A model generated the notes under the pieces. It did no database searches and was not told where the DNA came from. It was given only the letters and a program-made list of their open reading frames with translations. A DNA stretch of 64,000 nt, taken from NCBI GenBank assembly GCA_965240325.2, contig OZ251222.1, positions 4,588,001 through 4,652,000 on the forward strand, given 5' to 3'. Positions 58,171 to 64,000 of the stretch are shown in pieces. This stretch comes from Rebecca billardiae RCC1528. Lineage: Eukaryota; Protista; Haptophyta. The stretch's first letter is position 1. Each line of letters opens with the position of its first letter. Made by a program: the position numbers and the translations under genes.

Positions 58171-58637
58171 ATTCGAACCGCCGCCGCCGCCGCCTTCGCC
58201 GCCACCGCCGCCACCGACCGGTGCGCACGGCTCGCCGCCGCCACCGAGCCCGTCGCCGCCGCCTCCGTCATCGCCACCGCCGCCGACCGGTGCGCACGGC
58301 TCGCCGCCGCCGCCGAGCCCGTCGCCGCCGCCTCCGTCATCGCCGCCGCCGCCGACCGGTGCGCACGGCTCGCCGCCGCCGCCGAGCCCGTCGCCACCGC
58401 CTCCGTCATCGCCGCCGCCGCCGACCGGTGCGCACGGCTCGCCGCCGCCACCGAGCCCGTCACCGCCGCCTCCGTCATCGCCGCCACCGCCGACCGGTGC
58501 GCACGGCTCGCCGCCGCCGCCGAGCCCGTCGCCGCCGCCTCCGTCATCGCCGCCGCCGCCGAACGGTGCGCACGGTTCGCCGCCGCCACCGAGCCCGTCA
58601 CCGCCGCCTTCGCCGCCGCCGCCGCCGCCGAGCCCAT

Positions 58638-58668
<31 letters not shown>

Positions 58669-59411
58669 ATTCGAACCGCCGCCGCCGCCGCCTTCGCCGC
58701 CACCGCCGCCACCGACCGGTGCGCACGGCTCGCCGCCGCCACCGAGCCCGTCGCCGCCGCCTCCGTCATCGCCACCGCCGCCGACCGGTGCGCACGGCTC
58801 GCCGCCGCCGCCGAGCCGGTCGCCACCGCCTCCGTCATCGCCGCCGCCGCCGAACGGTGCGCACGGTTCGCCGCCGCCACCGAGCCCGTCACCGCCGCCT
58901 CCGTCATCGCCGCCGCCGCCGACCGGTGCGCACGGCTCGCCGCCGCCACCGAGCCCGTCACCGCCGCCTCCGTCATCGCCGCCGCCGCCGACCGGTGCGC
59001 ACGGCTCGCCGCCGCCGCCGAGCCCGTCGCCACCGCCTCCGTCATCGCCGCCGCCGCCGAACGGTGCGCACGGCTCGCCGCCGCCACCGAGCCCGTCACC
59101 GCCGCCTCCGTCATCGCCGCCGCCGCCGACCGGTGCGCACGGCTCGCCGCCGCCGCCGAGCCCGTCGCCACCGCCTCCGTCATCGCCGCCGCCGCCGAAC
59201 GGTGCGCACGGCTCGCCGCCGCCACCGAGCCCGTCACCGCCGCCTCCGTCATCGCCGCCGCCGCCGACCGGTGCGCACGGCTCGCCGCCCCCGCCGAGCC
59301 CGTCACCGCCGCCTCCGTCATCGCCGCCGCCGCCGACCGGTGCGCACGGTTCGCCGCCGCCACCGAGCCCGTCACCGCCGCCTTCGCCGCCGCCGCCGCC
59401 GCCGAGCCCAT

Positions 59412-59442
<31 letters not shown>

Positions 59443-62400
59443 ATTCGAACCGCCGCCGCCGCCGCCTTCGCCGCCACCGCCGCCACCGAGCGGTGCGCAC
59501 GGCTCGCCGCCGCCACCGAGCCCGTCGCCGCCGCCTCCGTCATCGCCGCCGCCGCCGACCGGTGCGCACGGCTCGCCGCCGCCGCCGAGCCCGTCGCCAC
59601 CGCCTCCGTCATCGCCGCCGCCGCCAAACGGTGCGCACGGCTCGCCGCCGCCACCGAGCCCGTCACCGCCGCCTCCGTCATCGCCGCCGCCGCCGACCGG
59701 TGCGCACGGCTCGCCGCCGCCGCCGAGCCCGTCACCGCCGCCTTCGCCGCCGCCGCCGCCGCCGAGCCCGTCGCCGCCGCCGCCGCCTTCGCCACCGCCG
59801 CCATTCGAACCGCCGCCGCCGCCGCCTTCGCCGCCACCGCCGCCGCCGACCGGTGCGCACGGCTCGCCGCCCCCGCCGAGCCCGTCACCGCCGCCTCCGT
59901 CATCGCCGCCGCCGCCGACCGGTGCGCACGGCTCGCCGCCCCCGCCGAGCCCGTCACCGCCGCCTTCGCCGCCACCGCCACCGCCAAGCCCATCGCCGCC
60001 GCCGCCGCCTTCGCCGCCGCCGCCATCCGAACCGCCGCCGCCGCCGCCTTCGCCGCCACCGCCGCCGCCGACCGGTGCGCACGTCTCGCCGCCACCGCCA
60101 AGCCTGCCTCCGCCTTCGCCGCCATCGCCACCGCCGTCACCGCCAACGCCCAGCGCGCCACCGCCGCCACCGCCATCGCCGCTGCCAAGCCCGCCTCCGT
60201 CTCCGCCACCGCCGAGCCCGCCGCCGCCACCGCCGCCGTCGCCACCACCGTCGCCCCCACCGCCCAGCTCGCCACCGCCGCCACCGCCGTCGCCGCCGCC
60301 GAGCCCGCCTCCGTCTCCGCCACCGCCGAGCCCGCCGCCGCCACCGCCGCCGTCGCCACCACCGTCGCCCCCACCGCCCAGCTCGCCTCCGCCGCCACCG
60401 CCGTCGCCGCCGCCGAGCCCGCCGCCGTCTCCGCCACCGCCGAGCCCGCCGCCGCCACCGCCGCCGTCGCCACCACCGTCGCCCCCACCACCCAGCTCGC
60501 CTCCGCCGCCACCGCCGTCGCCGCCGCCAAGCCCGCCTCCGTCTCCGCCACCGCCGAGCCCACCGCCGCCACCGCCGCCGTCGCCACCGCCATCTCCACC
60601 GCCGAGTCCGCCACCACCGAGCCCTCCTCCACCGCCTCCGCCGTCACCGCCGCCGAGCCCTCCACCAAGCCCACCGCCGCCGAGCCCACCGCCGCCCCCG
60701 CCGCCATCGCCACCACCGTCGCCACCGCCGCCCAGCTCGCCGCCGCCGCCACCGCCGTCGCCGCCGCCGAGCCCGCCACCGAGCCCGCCACCGCCGAGCC
60801 CGCCGCCGCCTCCGCCGCCATCGCCACCGCCGTCGCCCCCACCGCCCAGCTCGCCACCGCCGCCACCGCCGTCGCCGCCGCCGAGCCCGCCTCCGTCTCC
60901 GCCACCGCCGAGCCCGCCGCCGCCACCGCCGCCATCGCCACGGCCATCGCCACCGCCGCCCAGCTCGCCACCGCCGCCACCGCCATCGCCGCCGCCGAGC
61001 CCGCCACCCAGCCCGCCACCGCCGAGCCCGCCGCCGCCACCGCCGCCGTCGCCACCGCCATCTCCACCGCCGCCCAGCTCGCCACCGCCGCCACCGCCGT
61101 CGCCGCCGCCGAGCCCGCCTCCGTCTCCGCCACCGCCGAGCCCGCCGCCGCCACCGCCGCCATCGCCACCGCCGTCACCACCGCCACCCAGCTCGCCACC
61201 GCCGCCACCGCCATCGCCGCCGCCGAGCCCGCCACCCAGCCCGCCACCGCCGAGCCCGCCGCCGCCACCGCCGCCGTCGCCACCACCGTCGCCCCCACCA
61301 CCCAGCTCGCCTCCGCCGCCACCGCCGTCGCCGCCGCCGAGCCCGCCTCCGTCTCCGCCACCGCCGAGCCCACCGCCGCCACCGCCGCCGTCGCCACCGC
61401 CATCTCCACCGCCGAGTCCGCCACCACCGAGCCCTCCTCCACCGCCTCCGCCGTCACCGCCGCCGAGCCCTCCACCAAGCCCACCGCCGCCGAGCCCACC
61501 GCCGCCCCCGCCGCCATCGCCACCACCGTCGCCACCGCCGCCCAGCTCGCCGCCGCCGCCACCGCCGTCGCCGCCGCCGAGCCCTCCACCAAGCCCACCA
61601 CCGCCGAGCCCGCCGCCGCCTCCGCCGCCATCGCCACCGCCGTCGCCCCCACCGCCCAGCTCGCCACCGCCGCCACCGCCGTCGCCGCCTCCGAGCCCGC
61701 CTCCGTCTCCGCCACCGCCGAGCCCGCCGCCGCCACCGCCGCCATCCCCACCGCCATCGCCACCGCCGCCCAGCTCGCCACCGCCGCCACCGCCATCGCC
61801 GCCGCCGAGCCCGCCACCCAGCCCGCCACCGCCGAGCCCGCCGCCGCCACCGCCGCCGTCGCCACCGCCATCTCCACCTCCGCCTAGCTCGCCACCGCCG
61901 CCACCGCCATCGCCGCCGCCGAGCCCGCCACCCAGCCCGCCACCGCCGAGCCCGCCGCCGCCACCGCCGCCATCGCCACCACCGTCGCCCCCACCGCCCA
62001 GCTCGCCTCCGCCGCCACCGCCGTCGCCGCCGCCAAGCCCGCCTCCGTCTCCGCCACCGCCGAGCCCGCCGCCGCCACCCCCGCCATCGCCACCGCCGAG
62101 TCCGCCACCACCGAGCCCTCCTCCGCCGCCTCCGCCGTCGCCGCCGCCGAGCCCTCCACCAAGCCCGCCGCCGCCGAGCCCACCGCCTCCCCCGCCGCCA
62201 TCGCCACCTCCGTCGCCCCCGCCGCCCAGCTCGCCACCGCCGCCACCGCCGTCGCCGCCACCGAGCCCGCCTCCGTCTCCGCCGCCGCCGAGCCCGCCGC
62301 CGCCACCGCCGCCGTCGCCACCGCCGTCGCCGCCACCGCCCAGCTCGCCACCGCCGCCACCGCCGTCGCCGCCACCCAGCCCGCCTCCCAGTCCGCCACC

Positions 62401-64000
62401 GCCGAGCCCACCGCCGCCTCCGCCGCCATCGCCACCACCGTCGCCACCGCCGCCCAGCTCGCCACCGCCGCCACCGCCGTCGCCGCCGCCGAGCCCTCCA
62501 CCAAGCCCACCACCGCCGAGCCCGCCGCCGCCACCGCCGCCATCGCCACCGCCGTCGCCCCCACCGCCCAGCTCGCCACCGCCGCCACCGCCGTCGCCGC
62601 CACCCAGCCCGCCTCCCAGTCCGCCACCGCCGAGCCCACCGCCGCCTCCGCCGCCATCGCCACCACCGTCGCCACCGCCGCCCAGCTCGCCACCGCCGCC
62701 ACCGCCGTCGCCGCCGCCGAGCCCTCCACCAAGCCCACCACCGCCGAGCCCGCCGCCGCCACCGCCGCCATCGCCACCGCCGTCGCCCCCACCGCCCAGC
62801 TCGCCACCGCCGCCTCCGCCGTCGCCGCCACCCAGCCCGCCTCCCAGTCCGCCACCGCCGAGCCCACCGCCGCCTCCGCCGCCATCGCCACCACCGTCGC
62901 CACCGCCGCCCAGCTCGCCACCGCCGCCACCGCCGTCGCCGCCGCCGAGCCCTCCACCAAGCCCACCACCGCCGAGCCCGCCGCCGCCACCGCCGCCATC
63001 GCCACCGCCGTCGCCCCCACCGCCCAGCTCGCCACCGCCGCCTCCGCCGTCGCCGCCACCCAGCCCGCCTCCCAGTCCGCCACCGCCGAGCCCACCGCCG
63101 CCTCCGCCGCCATCGCCACCACCGTCGCCACCGCCGCCCAGCTCGCCACCGCCGCCACCGCCATCGCCGCCGCCGAGCCCTCCACCAAGCCCACCACCGC
63201 CGAGCCCGCCGCCGCCACCGCCGCCATCGCCACCGCCGTCGCCCCCACCGCCCAGCTCGCCACCGCCGCCACCGCCGTCGCCGCCGCCGAGCCCGCCTCC
63301 GTCTCCGCCACCGCCGAGCCCGCCGCCGCCACCGCCGCCGTCGCCACCGCCGTCGCCCCCACCGCCCAGCTCGCCTCCGCCGCCACCGCCGTCGCCGCCG
63401 CCGAGCCCGCCTCCGTCTCCGCCACCGCCGAGCCCGCCGCCGCCACCGCCGCCGTCGCCACCGCCATCTCCACCGCCGAGTCCGCCACCACCGAGCCCTC
63501 CTCCGCCGCCTCCGCCGTCGCCGCCGCCGAGCCCTCCACCAAGCCCGCCGCCGCCGAGCCCACCGCCTCCCCCGCCGCCATCGCCACCACCGTCGCCACC
63601 GCCGCCCAGCTCGCCACCGCCGCCACCGCCGTCGCCGCCGCCGAGCCCACCACCGAGCCCGCCACCCCCGGGCCCGCCGCCGCCTCCGCCGCCATCTCCG
63701 CCGCCGTCGCCACCACCGCCCAGCTCGCCGCCGCCGCCACCGCCGTCGCCGCCGCCGAGCCCGCCACCCAGCCCGCCACCGCCGAGCCCGCCGCCGCCTC
63801 CGCCGCCATCGCCGCCGCCGTCGCCACCACCACCCAGCTCGCCTCCGCCGCCACCGCCGTCGCCGCCGCCGAGCCCGCCTCCGTCTCCGCCACCGCCGAG
63901 CCCGCCGCCGCCACCGCCGCCGTCGCCACCGCCGTCGCCCCCACCGCCCAGCTCGCCTCCGCCGCCACCGCCGTCGCCGCCGCCGAGCCCGCCTCCGTCT
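51248..64000 (+). CDS. Second giant extensin-like secreted/surface protein (partial, >=4251 codons, runs off the window): signal peptide, 2 x TPGYWKNH domain, TGAHGS-SPn array, SPn array
   Basis: ATG at 51248 reads MRLAESATLLALTSTLAVAVGSPLPSASPSSSPSPLGSPPPAGGYEACTPGYWKNH; I saw no in-frame stop before the window end, which would explain its absence from the ORF track. Confidence 0.85.
52780..60090 (+). repeat. Coding minisatellite with a 69-bp base unit (TGAHGSPPPPSPSPPPPSSPPPP), interspersed with longer PPPFEPPP-containing units
   Basis: The CGGTGCGCACGG anchor recurs mostly every 69 bp; variants NGAHGS, SGAHGS, TGAFGS. Confidence 0.95.

Noticed and set aside
52497-63968. ORFs of about 3100 aa on both strands (52591-61887 +, 52497-61877 -) and 61884-63968 -
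   Set aside because: Shadow frames of the gene starting at 51248

Overview
Very GC-rich, compact eukaryotic genomic DNA with short GC-rich GT-AG introns, head-to-head gene pairs, microsatellites and one 100-N gap. A signal peptide plus transit-like leader on HflX suggests an alga with a complex plastid, possibly a Pavlovales-type haptophyte (inference only). The left half holds housekeeping genes: a Tvp15/COPI-associated-like membrane protein, a UBL+RING-CH E3, fucose mutarotase, a PUB-PUB-PFU protein, an SDR, a CSPP1-like protein, HflX, and a UBR/N-recognin E3 with inserted ankyrin repeats and a candidate intronic C/D-box snoRNA. Five apparently non-coding mobile elements are interspersed: a split-direct-repeat element (2464 to the gap), a CAC...GTG element in a (CT)n tract, and three foldback elements with 7-bp target duplications. 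Two of the foldback elements are diverged in sequence yet both have CAAGGG termini, ~400-bp arms and a length of exactly 1106 bp. The right half holds two tandem giant extensin-like surface-protein genes. The first (5617 aa) runs signal peptide, beta-helix, SPn stalk, TPGYWKNH domain, eight Cys-rich modules with RPRR sites, GAIN/GPS motif and a polycystin-1-like membrane region. The second starts at 51248, is absent from the ORF track, and runs off the window. All domain and family calls are by-eye motif recognition, not database results.
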